Of a DNA stretch of 64,000 nucleotides, positions 38,231 through 51,683 are shown piece by piece. The position numbers and the translations under genes are program-made. Origin of the DNA: Octopus sinensis (Eukaryota). The stretch is from contig NC_043005.1 of the NCBI RefSeq assembly GCF_006345805.1, positions 58,838,001 through 58,902,000 of the forward strand. Direction: 5' to 3'. The notes under the pieces are model-generated. The model was not told where the DNA came from and made no database searches. It was given only the letters and a program-made list of their open reading frames with translations. The first letter of the stretch is position 1; every line of letters begins with the position of its first letter.

Positions 38231-38739
38231 GTGTGTATATTGTCTTTCGACTAATAATTCTGTGTCCATATTGACAAATTGCTGTGTTATTTTCTTGTGT
38301 GGCGAATTTATATATTTATTTAACTCTTCTCTGCTTGAAGAGATTTAGTGAGAAGTATTTAGGAAAGACAAATATTTTGCTAATTTGCCAAATTTTTAAT
38401 GGTATGTAGGGGAAATTTAATTAAACAACCAACCATGGCACTTAGCTTATTTTCCAAAATACGAATTTTGTATGGCAAATATACAAAACACCCATTTGGT
38501 TACTTAGATTAGATTAAATTATTTATTTGAATTACTTAATAGAATACATTCTGGAATCTTTAAGAACCCTGCTACAATAAAGCCTCTTAGTCTTCCACAA
38601 CATATGCATTTCTATGTGTATGTTTATGTATGCGTTTACATGTGTGTGTGTGTGTGTGTGTTTGCTGACATTTATCAATTTTTTCTTCCATTGTGTTGAT
38701 GAGCCATTTTCTGTTATTAATAAGACTATTGGCATTTAT

Positions 38740-39003
38740 AGGATGTGCGAAGAGTTGAGAGAAATGAAGCCAGTATGCTTCTCTGGATGGGTAATATCAG
38801 TGTGCGTATATGACAGAGTGTAAGTGAACATTATTTATAGTATTTACATTATTTACATTTGCTGAATATTTGTCCTCATCTTGTTTGTTGTTAACACAAC
38901 GTTTGTTGTTAACCAGTATGCCATATGCCCATGGGCATATGGTGTAGTGGTTAAGGGCACAGGCTTCAAACCCCAAGATTCCGAGTTCAATTCCAGGCAG
39001 TGA

Positions 39004-39081
<78 letters not shown>

Positions 39082-39570
39082 CAACAATAACAACGTCAAA
39101 AAATATCTTAGGAATGAGAACTCAGGTTTGAAATTTCCCCAAGGCACCTGATCAAAGCTGGAGGGTATATCAGCTGAAATGTTGTGTTAACAACAAACAA
39201 GATGAGGACAAATATCTGTCAAATGTAAATAATGTAAATAATGTACATAATTCCTCATCTCTTAAATATAGAACAGAGTGTAAGTGATTTGAGAGAAAAA
39301 CTGGGTACACGTAGCCTCATATGTAGCATGTGAGAGAGAAGACTGCACTGGTGTGGACATGTAATGTGTATGAATGAAGACAGTCGCAGCAAGAGGCGCT
39401 GATCTCTAATTGCAGAGGGAACATGTGAGAAGGTAGACCAAGGAAGATGTGGGAAAAAGTGGTGAGAAAGGAACTACAGATGCTGGAACTCACCGAGTTG
39501 ATGACGGGAGACCAAAATTCCAGGTGATTTCCTGTGCTTCAAAAGACACATCAAACCAAGCAAAACCATT
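38740..39570 (+). mobile_element. Decayed RTE fragment interrupted at 38828-39272
   Basis: RNEASML.W, LHWCGHVM, RPRKMWEKVV match the element at 14400-15868; sequence resumes after the TSD. Confidence 0.8.
38828..39272 (+). mobile_element. Family-D SINE-like element: inverted 3' copy + tRNA head + (AAT)n + minimal hammerhead + tail
   Basis: 15-bp TSD ACAGAGTGTAAGTGA (38813-38827, 39273-39287); A/B boxes in 38940-38995; CTGATCAA-agctg..cagct-GAAATGTT at 39148-39183. Confidence 0.75.
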
Positions 39571-39914
39571 GTTGCCCTTGCATACTGGCTTGTTTCTTGC
39601 AACCCTTCTTTTTCTTCTTCTTCTTCTTCTTCTTCTTCCTCCTCCTCCTCTTCCTCCCTCTACCCCTCCTCCCTCCTTCCATTTATGTTGCCTCCTCACA
39701 GACACACACACATGCACACATGCATATCATACAGCTTGCCATACAAACATACCTACAAATGCACATTTGTGCACACAAATGCACCTGCATGCTTGTATGT
39801 GTCAATATATAAATATAGCCGGTTATTTGATACATTGATCCACCTACATATACAAAAAAGCAAGCATGTAAACAACAAATATATGAATACACATCCATAG
39901 ATTTATTGTATCTG

Positions 39915-39950
<36 letters not shown>

Positions 39951-40647
39951 AATTTTAACCATTTTCTGAATTATGATTTTAGGAAAAGATAGCATTAAAC
40001 TTTTAATACGTTTCCTTTTGGCTTAACATTCTTTTATTCTTGCATCCTGCCTTTATTCTCACCGGAATATGGAACCAAATATCAATAAAGTGATACTGCA
40101 AATTTTTAGCTTAGTGTATGCTGAAAAATTCAGCAGCTTTTGCTAATAATAGTCAAAAAAAAAAAAGAAGAAAGAAGACAGCAAAAAGCTAACAAATGAA
40201 CAAACTGCCCTCAAAACTTCAAAATTATCTAAATTCTAGAATTTTCTTAAAGTATTATTATTAACTTTCATCATCAAAGTTGAGTGAAATTAGTATAAAA
40301 TCATGGAATTTTATGACTAGATTATTCCATAACAAAATAAGACAGTGAAGAATTTGGTTAGCTTTTCTTCAGTTAATTTTTCTCATAACTTTAATAAAAA
40401 AATAAAAGCTCATCAAATCTTTTTTGAACTTTTCTGTTCTATTCTATACAAAGGCAATTAGATTATAAAATGCACTGTTTGATATGCAAATACAGATGCG
40501 TATATCTATGTATATATGTGTGTGCATGTGTGTGTATGTGTGTATGAGAATAGATAAAAGATAATAGGAAGGAAGATACACACACATGTATATTATATAC
40601 TATATATATATATTTATACATGTGTGTGTATGTGTGTGTGTGTGTAT

Positions 40648-40903
40648 ATTCTTTTACTTATTTCTGTCATTTGACTGTGGCCATGCTGGAGTACCACCTT
40701 TAGTCGAGCAAATCAACCCCGGGACTTATTTTTTGTAAGCCTAATACTTATCATATTGGTCTCTTTTGCTGAACTGCTAAGTTACGGGTATGCAAACACA
40801 CCAGCATCAGTTGTCAAGCCATGCTGGGGGGACAAACACAGACACACAAACATATACACATACATGTATATGTATATATATATATATATATATACACAGG
40901 TAC

Positions 40904-40935
<32 letters not shown>

Positions 40936-40950
40936 GCATATACATATATA
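40648..40950 (-). mobile_element. Family-A SINE 3' half
   Basis: Reverse complement of the SINE tail up to its central (TA)n. Confidence 0.8.
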
Positions 40951-40958
40951 TATATATA

Positions 40959-41690
40959 TCATCATCATCATCATCATTTAACGTCAGCCTTCCATGCTAG
41001 CATGGGTTGGATGGTTTTGACTGAGGGCTGGCAACCAGATGGCTGCACTAGGCTCCAGTCTTGATCTGGTAGAGTTTCTACAGCTGGATGCCCTTCCTAA
41101 CACCAACCACTCCAAGAGTGTAGTGGGTGCTTTTTACATGCTACCTGCACGGGGGCCTGTCAGGTGGTACTGGCAATGACCATGCTCGAATCTTTTGCAT
41201 GTGCCACTGACACAGGTGCCAGTGAAGCGACGTTGGTAATGATAACGCTCAAATGGTGCTCTTTTACGTGCCACAGGTACAGAAGCCAGTTGGCTGCTTT
41301 GGCAACGATCACGCTCGGATGGTGTTCTTGGCACCCTACTAGCACAGGCATAAGTGCCAGTAAGGCGACGCTGGTAACGATCATACTCGAATAACCTCTC
41401 TGTCAACTATCACACTTGTATGGTGCTCTTTGCACCCCGCTAGCACAGATGCTAGTCATCGAATTGATTTTGATTTTGACTTTGATTTGATTTCACCTGC
41501 CTCAACAGGTCTTTACAAGTTTAGTGACCAAAGAAGGAAAAGATATGCATAAGCGGGCTGGTTATGCTCCTGGCATAGGCCACGGGTTATGGTTTCATCT
41601 GGCTTGCCAGGTCTTCTCGAGCACAGTATATTTCCAAAGGTCTCGGTCGCTGGTCATTTCCTTGGTGAGGCCTAATGTTCGAAGGTCGTG
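40959..41690 (-). mobile_element. 5'-truncated RTE LINE 3' end with tandem ~65-bp UTR repeats
   Basis: Minus strand HDLRTLGLTKEMTSDRDLWKYTVLEKTWQAR*, then UTR and (GAT)n tail. Confidence 0.85.
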
Positions 41691-42060
41691 TATATATATA
41701 TATATATATATATATGATTGCAAATGAATGTCACCATCATACAAGCGGTGTTCTTTCATTACAGCCTTGTATGAAATTGTGTCAGATCATTGGAAGCAGG
41801 TGTAGGTTGGTGACAGGAAGAGCATCCAGCCAATTCCATCCAACCCATGCAACCATGGAAAAGTACACATACAATGATGTTAATGATGATGATACATGTA
41901 CATACATACTTACATACATTCATGCATACATACTTATATACATACATACATGCATACATATATATATATATACATATACATATATATACATACATATATA
42001 CATATAGATATATATACATACACACACATACATATACATATATATATATATATATATATA

Positions 42061-42240
42061 GGCACAGATGTGGCTGTGTGCTAAGAAGCTTGCTTCCTAA
42101 CCACATGGTTCCTGGTTCAGTCCCACTGCCTGGCATCTTGGGTAACTGTCTTCTACTATAGCTTCAAGCTGACCAAAGCCTTGTGAGTGGATTAGTAGAT
42201 GGAAAGTGAAAGCAGCCCATTGTATATATATATATATACA
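42061..42240 (+). mobile_element. Family-A SINE head only
   Basis: Head followed by (TA)n; no tail. Confidence 0.75.
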
Positions 42241-42659
42241 GTGGGCTGCTTTTATTTGGTTTTTGTATTTGATTTGCAACATTCTTGATGTGAATTCATG
42301 TGTTAAAACAAATTTTTTTGTGTCTTGGGAGAGGTCATTATGCCAATAATAATAATACATGCACAGGTTCAGTTCTACTTCGTTTTATTATTAGTCAATT
42401 GTCTAAGCATCTAACCTACTAGCTAGTCAAAGGATTGCTTGTTAAACATACTGGTTAAACATTCAATTGTTTTTTTTTTGTCTGTTCATCATCACTGACC
42501 TCGCATCACTGGTTGCAAACTTTTCAGTGACTCATGATCTCCCAACTCCCTCTGGAGTCTGCTATCATCTGTCTAAAACCTAGTTCTATGCCTCTGTGTA
42601 TGTATGGATGTATAAGTGTGTGTAGTTTAGAAGTGGGTTAAGAGTGAGGATTAATGAAA

Positions 42660-43430
42660 AGTGTGTGTGTGTGTATGCATGTGTGTATGTAATTGTGTGT
42701 GCACTTACATGGCTGCTTGTATGCATTCTTGTGTGTGTGTGTGTGCACTAGCCATCTGTGCCCTCATTCAGGAATCACACTTTTGTCTTTATTGTTTTAT
42801 TTTTGTCTGCTGTAGATTTAGGGGTTTATGCTTGTGGGGGTGTGGTATGTGTTTAGGGCGTGCTGTGTGTTGAGAGTGTGGTATGTGTTGAGGGTATGGT
42901 GTTTTAGGGCGTGGTGTGTGTTTAAGGCGTGGCATGCATTTAGGGTGTGGTATGCATTTAGGGTGTGGTGTGCATTTAGGGTGTCCTATGAGGAGGGGAG
43001 GAGAGAAGAGGGTAGGTATGTGTGTGAGCACCTGTGCATGCATATGTGTTTATCTATGTGCATAGAGAAACACATATGCATGCACAGGTGTATATGTGTG
43101 TGTGTGTGTGTTTGTGTGTGCAAGAATGCATGCGTATGTGTTCCTGCATCCATGTGTGTGCTTGTTTTTCCTATGGGGAAATGGGGAGGTAGGTACATGC
43201 AACACACATACATACACAGGAACACATGCACTTAGTCACACACATGCATGGGCACAGGAATACACACACACATACAAGAATACACATATACATACATACA
43301 AACACACACATGCACACAAGTGTTCACACACACACACACCTACCCTATTCTTTTCCTCCCCTACAGGAAAGAACATGCATACACATGAGCAGAAGAACAC
43401 ACACATACACAAACATGTTTGTATATTTTT
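42660..43430. repeat. (TG)/(CA)-rich low-complexity region containing an 18-bp minisatellite
   Basis: TTTAGGGTGTGGTATGCA-like units at 42838-42986. Confidence 0.85.
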
Positions 43431-46142
43431 AGAATGGCATTGTAGGGGAGGTGTGAAGGGTTAGATATGGTCAATTTTAACATAAAACAGGTAGAAAATT
43501 TGGACTGGATGTGGGTGAATGAAATGCCAAAGGGTTAATGTGTCCTACTTTTTTTTTTAAGATGCTAATAAGAGACTTCAGAGAATTTGGCTGCTATTTC
43601 CTGCAGGTCAAGCGACCACTTAGTGATTTCCTCTTAAATATAACTTTAAAATAAAGGCTATAATATAGTTTTAACTTTTGGTTTTTTAATTTAAAAAACA
43701 AAAAAACAAAAAAAAAACAATTAGAAAACGTGTTTCAGCTTTTGGCATTTTGTAATGTTCGTAGCATTATATCGGAGAATCTAAAGAAATATTTGAACTT
43801 TGCACTGTCTCCGCTGTTTGTTTTGGTTAAATTACTAGCTTTGATTGTTTACAGACAGCAGCTTACTAAATATTGTCTCTTCTTTCGGCAGCTTCAAGAG
43901 TTTTTGACTCAATTATGTTTTTATCGCACATCATATGCACTTCATTTTCAGTTATATTACAATGCTGCCAAATGTTTATAAACATTTTTCACTCCGTTGT
44001 TATCAATTATTTAGAAAAGAACAAAAAAGAAAGAGAAGAGAAACACACCGAGCAACAATGATATCATTAAGATATTAAATCTGCTATGGTAAAATTATGC
44101 TACATTATGCTGTATTATACTATATTTATGCTAAATGGCTAGATAAGAAGAGATTTTTTTTTCTTGCTTTGAGGTGGTTTGTTTTTTTTAGCTTTCTTCC
44201 TTTCATTGATTCTTGTTTCTTTTCTATTTTGCCCACATCATAAATTTTCTGTTATTGCTTGTTTGTTGTTTTTGTATTTGACAACAATGTTGTTGTTGTC
44301 GTTGTTGTTTACGCTATAAAGTCTCTATGAATAGAACAAGTTGTGCAAATTTTATGACTCTGAACTAAGGCATTGTAGTAAGCTGTGGATATTTATGAGA
44401 ACTCCTTTGATTTATTTATTGCCTTTCAAATTCCTGGAGGTAAAGATTTTCCAAATATCTATTAGCATGAGCAGAGAACTATTAAAGCCTTAGAATATTG
44501 AAATAGTGTTGCCCAATTAATTCAATTGGTGTTTCTCGTCAATCTCTATAAAACCACTATAAATTCCTGCTGAGGAATTCCATTGATAAATTTGTGCAGA
44601 GAACTTCCTTTTGCCTTTGCCATCATTAGTTTTTCATCTGCACAATTATGATCGCCATATCGTACACACTTTAGCCACCCCTTCTCCCTCTTTCTCTCTC
44701 TTCTTCCCTTTCTCTTTCTCTCTCTATTTCTCTTTCTCTCTTATCACACCACTTACTGTACATGTCCCCTTTTGAGTTTATCACCCATAAGCCAAGCAAA
44801 TATTTATCAAACTGGCTAGAACTTGCAATGAAATCATGACAGGGGGCTGTCAAAATTCTAGAAAATCTTCCATACTGACATGAATCAATTACAACAAAGA
44901 GAGCCTGAAAATGTTGTACCATAAACTCATGCAGAATTTACATAATAGTTAAAAGAATTTTCTGTTAGGACTAAGACCGTGCATGTTTTTGCATTTAATG
45001 TTTTCGCTGAAATGTCCATATGATTTGAATATTTAAGCATTATGGAGTAGAATGGTAAGATTCTGATATGCTGAGTATGCAATGCATATTTGATGCATAG
45101 CTTTGCTATCTCATTTTACTTTGGCTTTCTGCCTGTGATTTCTGCCCTTAGACTTTAGCCTGAATGATAAGTTCCCTGAGATTTAATTTGCTTTTGAAAT
45201 ATTATAGAGAGATGAAACCTTTAGTTTTGAGTTAGATATCCATTAAGAATTATTAGAGATCATCTGATGTTGGAGAGCTTAAAACTTTCAGTTTTAGGAG
45301 ATTTTTGAAAATATCCTTTTACAATTCCCTTATCTATCATAATATTTTATGAGTTGGTTGTTGTTTAAACCAGAGCCAACTCTGATTGAGTCAGCCTATA
45401 ATCAAAGGTATGTTGACCCTGCAATAGGCACTCTGTGTTTTCTACATAGAGAGACAACAATAACCAAATGTGTCCTTTTTCAAGATGGTAGGGTGCAAGT
45501 TGAGGTAGATTTGTCTGCTATTTCCTGGAGGTCAAGTGACCATGAACAGACCCCATTGCTGGCTTGTGAAATAAATGGAATCTGTTCATGGTGACTTTGC
45601 CTCCAGGTAATAGCAAACAAATTTACCTTATGAAATGGATAGGCTCGGTGAGCAGTTAATGTTCCTGAAACAAAATAAACTTATACAATATTCTGAAATA
45701 CACAATACAGTCCCTAAATAATGAAAGCACTGTGGCAGTGTTTGTATGGATAAATTGTACATATGTTCATCATCATCATCGTCATCATCATTGTCATCAT
45801 CATCATCATTATCATCATCATCGTTTATTGTGTTGGATGGTTAAACAGGAGCTGGCCAGGCAGGAGCCCACATCAGATTTCTGGGTCTGTTTTGGCAGGG
45901 TTTTCACAGTTGGATGCCCTTACCTAACACCAACTACCCAACAGAGTGGAGCTTTTTATGTGGCACAAGCACAGACGTATGTTTAATAAACATACTTTCA
46001 GCCATATTGTATAGATAGTTCCTGTGATTAACACTTTAGCATTCAAATTAGTCTGTCAAAATTAATGTTTATTTGTTCACATTGTTTTATATTAATCATG
46101 CAGTATCTCGTAGCTTTGAGATTTTGATAAGGTAGTTGTTAA

Positions 46143-46495
46143 TCTCTCTATATATAAAGCTGAAGTTGTCTGTGTATGGCAGGTTTGGTAGCCTTCAACT
46201 AACACTATTTTCTCCGAGACCCTGTGGCACAAGTTGACCAAAATTGAGAGTATGATAGAAGAAGGCTTGCTCTTCCTTCCGTAGAAGAAAATCTTCAAAT
46301 CGAACCATGTTAACACCAAAAATTATTTACATCAAAAAGGTGCTTTTTTTCTATGAAAATCCCTATTTTTTACAATTTTTTTACTGCTGTGTCGCCATTT
46401 TTCGGTGTATTTCAACCAGAAAAATGTTCACTTTTCAAAAATTCCTATTCTAAAGGGTCGAAACAAAACCGAGCATCGCTGGGCGATACTGCTAG
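46143..46495 (+). mobile_element. Non-autonomous Helitron-like element
   Basis: A|TCTCTCTATATATAAAG ... hairpin ... CTAG|T; homologous to 7394-7792. Confidence 0.75.
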
Positions 46496-47129
46496 TTCTT
46501 AATAATGGTATTGTTGGGTTGGTGTGAGGGACCAGATTTGGCCAGTTTGAATATAATACAAGTAGAACATTTTGGCTACATATGGCCAGTTTAAATTCTA
46601 AAGGATTATATCACAGGTCTCTCTCTCTCTTTCTCACTTTGCAGAACAACTCATCAAACTTGAGAATAACTCATCTAGTTTCAACTAATTATTGCCATCT
46701 TAAAGATTATTAGCTAAATTACACCTTAACAAGAGAAATTGGTTGACAGCCACTTCAAAAAAATACAATGAGTAGCATTTGTTGATTGTATTTATTTGCA
46801 TATTAGTACTTTGTGAGCAAATTTTATTAATTAACTAAAGTGCTGAGATAGTGTGTGTATATAATTAGTGAATTAATTTACATGTATTCGTTCAGAAAAT
46901 ATATATTCAGCCTTGCTGTGTAAATAGTCTCTATGGTTACATCACACAGCTCTATAAGATATAGAAAAGCTTAGTAAAATGACAATAACCAGTCAAAACT
47001 AGTTCCACAGTTCTCTGGCTTGTTCTGAAGACAAAGCTCTGTGGTTTTGCTATTAGATGTATTGACTCATTGACACTAAATCTACATTTACAAGGTATAT
47101 CTATTTAAACTTTGTGTGGTAAGTAGCCA

Positions 47130-47537
47130 GGCACTAGAGTGGCTGTGTGGTAAGTAGCTTGCTTACTTACCACATAGTTCCGGGTTCAGTCCCACTGTGT
47201 GGCACCTTGGGCAAGTGTCTTCTACTATAGCCTTGGGCCGACCAAAGCCTTGTGAGTGGATTTGGTAGACGGAAACTGAAAGAATCCCATCGTATATATG
47301 TATATGTATATATATGTCTGTGTGTGTTTGTATATCTGTGTTTGTCCTCCCAACATCGCTTGACAACTGATGTTGGTGTGTTTACATCCCTATAACTTAG
47401 CGGTTCAGCAAAAGAGACCAATAGAATAAGTACTAGGCTTACAAAGAATAAGTCCTGGGGTCGATTTGCTCGACTAAAGGTGGTGCTCTAGCATGGCCAC
47501 AGTCAAATGACTGAAACAAGTAAAAGAATAAAAGAAA
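47130..47537 (+). mobile_element. Family-A SINE
   Basis: Matches the 51273 copy. Confidence 0.9.
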
Positions 47538-47764
47538 AACACACACTAAAGTCAGGGCCAGTTTTAAATGAATTAGACATATTTGTTCAAATTGGGCCCT
47601 GCACCAAGAGAGGGTCTTGACACACACACTCAAGCAGAGGACACTATAATGAATTTTTAGCATATCATTGTGGTTAATGTTGGAACCTCAAGCACTCAAT
47701 GTTTTTTGACTGGGAATGGCATACTATACGAATCATAAAACATAGGCGCAGGAGTAGCTTTATA

Positions 47765-47930
47765 GGTGCAGGAGTGGCTGTGTAGGAAGTAGCTTGCTTA
47801 CCAACCACATGGTTCCGGGTTCAGTCCCACTGTGTGGCACCTTGGGCAAGTGTCTTCTATTATAGCCTCGGCCGACCATGCCTTGTGATTGGTTTGGTAG
47901 ACGAAACTGAAAGAAGCCTGTCGTATAAAT

Positions 47931-47961
<31 letters not shown>

Positions 47962-50240
47962 ACGGGAAGCTTTATGAAATAAACAAAAGACGAAGGCAGG
48001 TGGAAAACAACGAACAATTGTATTAGTATGGCGCTCAGGAAATATAAATAAAACAAGTCTTTAACGTTTCGAGCCTACGCTCTTCAACAGAAAGATACAC
48101 AGAGAGAAAAACACAGAAAGAAGGAGAGAAAAAAAATGCGTGCAGTAGCTAACGAATCAACATGGCGATCTGATTTCGGCCAGAGGTCAAAGATCAAACA
48201 TGAGACGCGAGAGCGAAATAAGGGGAGATAATAGGGTTGATAAATGGGTTGAGGGACCAGCTAAAAGTGCGTGGGAGGGGTCTGGATGTGTGTATGTATA
48301 GGGTTGGTGTATGTATTAGTATGTATAAGGGTGTGTGTGTGTGTGTGTGTGTGTATGAGAGAGTATTAGTGCGTAGGATTGGTCTGGACGTGCGTATGTA
48401 TGGGGTTGGTGTATGTATTAGTATGTATTGTAGTATTAGTATTAGTACGTGTTGGTATGTATAGGTGTGTGGTGTGTGAGAGAGTATAAGTGCGTATGCG
48501 GGGTCTGGACGTGTGTATGTATAGGGTTGGTGTAAGTATTAGTATGTACTAGTATGTATTAGTACGTATTAGTATGTATTAGTTGGTGTGTGTATTAGTA
48601 TGGCACATCATATGTGATGTGATGTGTAAAGTCATGTGGTGTAGTGAGAGAAGAGGGGAGGGGGGGAGAAGAGGGGGAGAGAAGGGGAGGGGAAGAAGAG
48701 GGGGAGGAGAATGGGAAGAGGAGAGGATTGGGGAGAAGGAAGGGGAGAGAGGGAGCAGAGGGAAGGGGAAGAGGGAGGGAAGAGGGAAGAAGGGAAGGGG
48801 AGTAGGGATGAAAGGATGAAGGACTGAAGAAGTAGGGGTCGGGGGGAGAAAGGATAGGTGAGGAGGGGGGAAGGGGGGTTAGATGAGAGGGGGGAGAGTT
48901 GAGACCAAATGGCGTATAAGAGCGAAGAGAGAAGATTAATTCCTGTTCACGGCGCAAACGGGAATCCGGATGGCCTCTGTGTAAGGACAAACCGAACACA
49001 GATAGGTGTTGCAAGGAGTGACCGGTGGCGGAAAAGGCGTGAGACCGGTGTGTCGTTCGCAAGGTGGATGTCACGAAGGTGTTCCGCGAACCGGTCAGCA
49101 AGCGGCGTCCCGTTTGTCCGATGTACAAGGATTGCAGAGAGAGCAAGAGATGCAATAGATAATATTGCTGGAGGTGCAGGTGAAGGAGTGGATGATGGGA
49201 TAGGGTCGATGTGGGTGCTAGTGAGGCGGGTGGTGTTGGGAGGTAAGGGCAGTGCGGCAACGTGGGCGGGAGCAGGGGAACGAGCCGGGTTGGGAGGTAG
49301 GGTCAGGGAATGAGCTATGGACCAAAAGGTCTCGAAGGTTGTGGGCTCGTTTGAAAGAGGGGAGGGGTCGGTTAGGGAAGAGGTGTGAAGTGGACGGGTC
49401 GGACTGGAGATGACGGAAAGCTCGAAGAATGGTGCGTTGGAGACGTAGGGTCGTGGGGTGGTAAGTGAGGGGAAAAGGGAGGCGGGAGACTACAGGGCAG
49501 GTTCGGGGAGAGAGAGCAGATACACGGTCCACGGACCGTGCTCTGGCAAGGGCGGTGTGGATATGGTGAGGGGGTATCCACGTAGGTGAAGTGGTGGCCA
49601 TACGTTGAGACTGAGTCTCAAAGTCATGGGCGTCACTACAGAGCCTACGTAGACGGGGAATTGGGAATAGGGGATTGAAAGCTTGGTGTGTTCTGGGTGG
49701 GAGGAAGAGAAGTTGAGGTATGAGTGTGAGTCTGTGTGTTTGTAGTGAATGGAGGTGGTAAGAGTGGAGTGAAGAATGCTAACCGAAATGTCGAGGAAGG
49801 AGACAGAGGTGTTGGAGATAGTGGAAGTGAAGTGGAGGGCTGGATGGAAAGATTGGACGAAAGAGAGGAAGGAATCTAGATGTTCGCGGGAGAGTGAGGT
49901 GGCACCGATAATGTCGTCAATATAACGACCATATAGTTCAGGAGTGGGACCAGTGAAATTAGATTATTTGGGCCTCAACATAGCCAACGAACAGGTTCGC
50001 AATGTATGTGTGTGTATATGTTTGTGTGTCTGTGTTTGTCCCCCTAGCATTGCTTGACAACCAATGCTGGTGTGTTTATGTCCCCGTTACTTAGTGGTTC
50101 GGCAAAAGAGACCTATAGAATAAGTACTGGGCTTACAAAAGAATAAGTCCTGGGGTCGAGTTGCTCGATTAAAGGTGGTGCTCCAGCATGGCCGCAGTCA
50201 AATGACTGAAACAAGTGAAAGAGAGTAATGAGTAAAAGAA
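47765..50240 (+). mobile_element. Family-A SINE split by a PLE
   Basis: Head 47765-47960, tail 50002-50240. Confidence 0.85.
47962..50001 (-). mobile_element. 5'-truncated Penelope-like element (Neptune-like): RT C-half, GIY-YIG and long 3' region
   Basis: LYGRYIDDIIG (YIDD 49913-49924), SFLDISV, YLNFSSSHP, SFKRAHNLRDLLV, CSRPRC, NIIYCISCSLC, YIGQTGRRL, REQELIFSLRSYTPFGLN; several frameshifts. Confidence 0.9.
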
Positions 50241-51272
50241 AGTAAGCTTCAGCTTTTATGGAGTAGAGGGCCCCACTAACAATTCTCTAAATGAATCCCA
50301 CATTTCTTAATGCTGGCCTTGTCTTCAGTTATGTAATACAATCTTCCAGCAAATGTGCTGATATGCAAATCTGTAAAATTGTTACCTATTATTTGTAGAA
50401 TTTATCATAAGTAGCTCTGAGCTGCTTCATCTCTCAGTAGGATGAACTTCAGTAGAAGCTGTTAATAAGATGGTAATAACCATTCAAAACTAGTTGAACT
50501 CTACTCTGGTTCATTCAGTAGAGAGAGCTCCATGGAAATTAAATGTAAGTTATGTAATTAAATGTAAGGTATGTTTCTTGGTTTCCATGGCACATATATT
50601 TCCCACCTGGACAAGACACCGCTCCATCACAGGATTACTCACTTTTGCTAGCTGAGGGGTCTTGAGCAATGTGAAATGAAGTGTTTTGCTCAAGAACACA
50701 ACACAGTGTCCAGTCCAGGAGTCAAACCCATAATCTTATCATGAGTCCAACACCCTAACCTCTAAGCCATGCACCTCCACAGAGAGAACTCCATGGTTTA
50801 ACTACACAATTTATTTATGAACAGAACTGAATGTATGTTTTATTAAATGCACACTACATCTGGCACAGTCTGACAGCAAAATGCACAGGCTCTCTGGACT
50901 GTATCCAGAGAAGTGTCATTCAACTACTTGGCATCCATCCTCCAGCTTTTGACCCTCAGGCATGCTGACTCATCTTTCTGTCTCTTCTGTATTGTAATGG
51001 ATGTTGGATATAGAAATTTGGAGTATTTGCCAAAATTAGGCTGTGATATTTCAATTAACTAGGGGCAATGTGGATGATAGAAGGGCAAAAATTGTTGTTG
51101 CTTAACCCACTAGCATTTAAACCAGCCATATCCGGCCAAACTGTTCCATCTTTTTTAGATCAAACTGGCCAGATCTGGCCTCTCTCACCCACTCTATAAT
51201 GACATTGTAAAAATAAACAGTCACAGCATCAAAATCTTAAAGCTATGAATTAATCCATAACAGATTCAAACA

Positions 51273-51683
51273 GGCGCAGGAGTGGCTGTGTGGTAAGTAG
51301 CTTGCTTACTAACCACGTGGTTCCGGGTTCAGTCCCACTGTGTGGCATCTTGGGCAAATGTCTTCTACTATAGCCTTGGGCCAACCAAAGCCTTGTGAGT
51401 GGATTTGGTAGACGGAAACTGAAAGAAGCCCGTCGTATATATGTATATATATATGTGTGCGTGTATGTTTGTGTGTCTGTGTTTGTCCCCCTAGCGTTGC
51501 TTGACAACCGATGCTGGTTGTTTATGTCCCCGTCACTTAGCGGTTCGGCAAAAGAGACCGATAGAATAAGTACTTGGCTTACAAAGAATAAGTCCCGGGG
51601 TTGAGTTGCTCGACTAAAGGTGGTGCTCCAGCATGGCCGCAGTCAACTGACTGAAACAAGTAAAAGAGTAAAAGAGTAAAAGA
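51273..51683 (+). mobile_element. Full-length family-A SINE (best-preserved copy)
   Basis: tRNA-like head, conserved body, central (TA)/(TG) tract, (AAAAGAGT)n tail. Confidence 0.92.

Noticed and set aside
42828-43235. KHIPHP-repeat protein
   Set aside because: Translation of the 18-bp minisatellite in low-complexity DNA.
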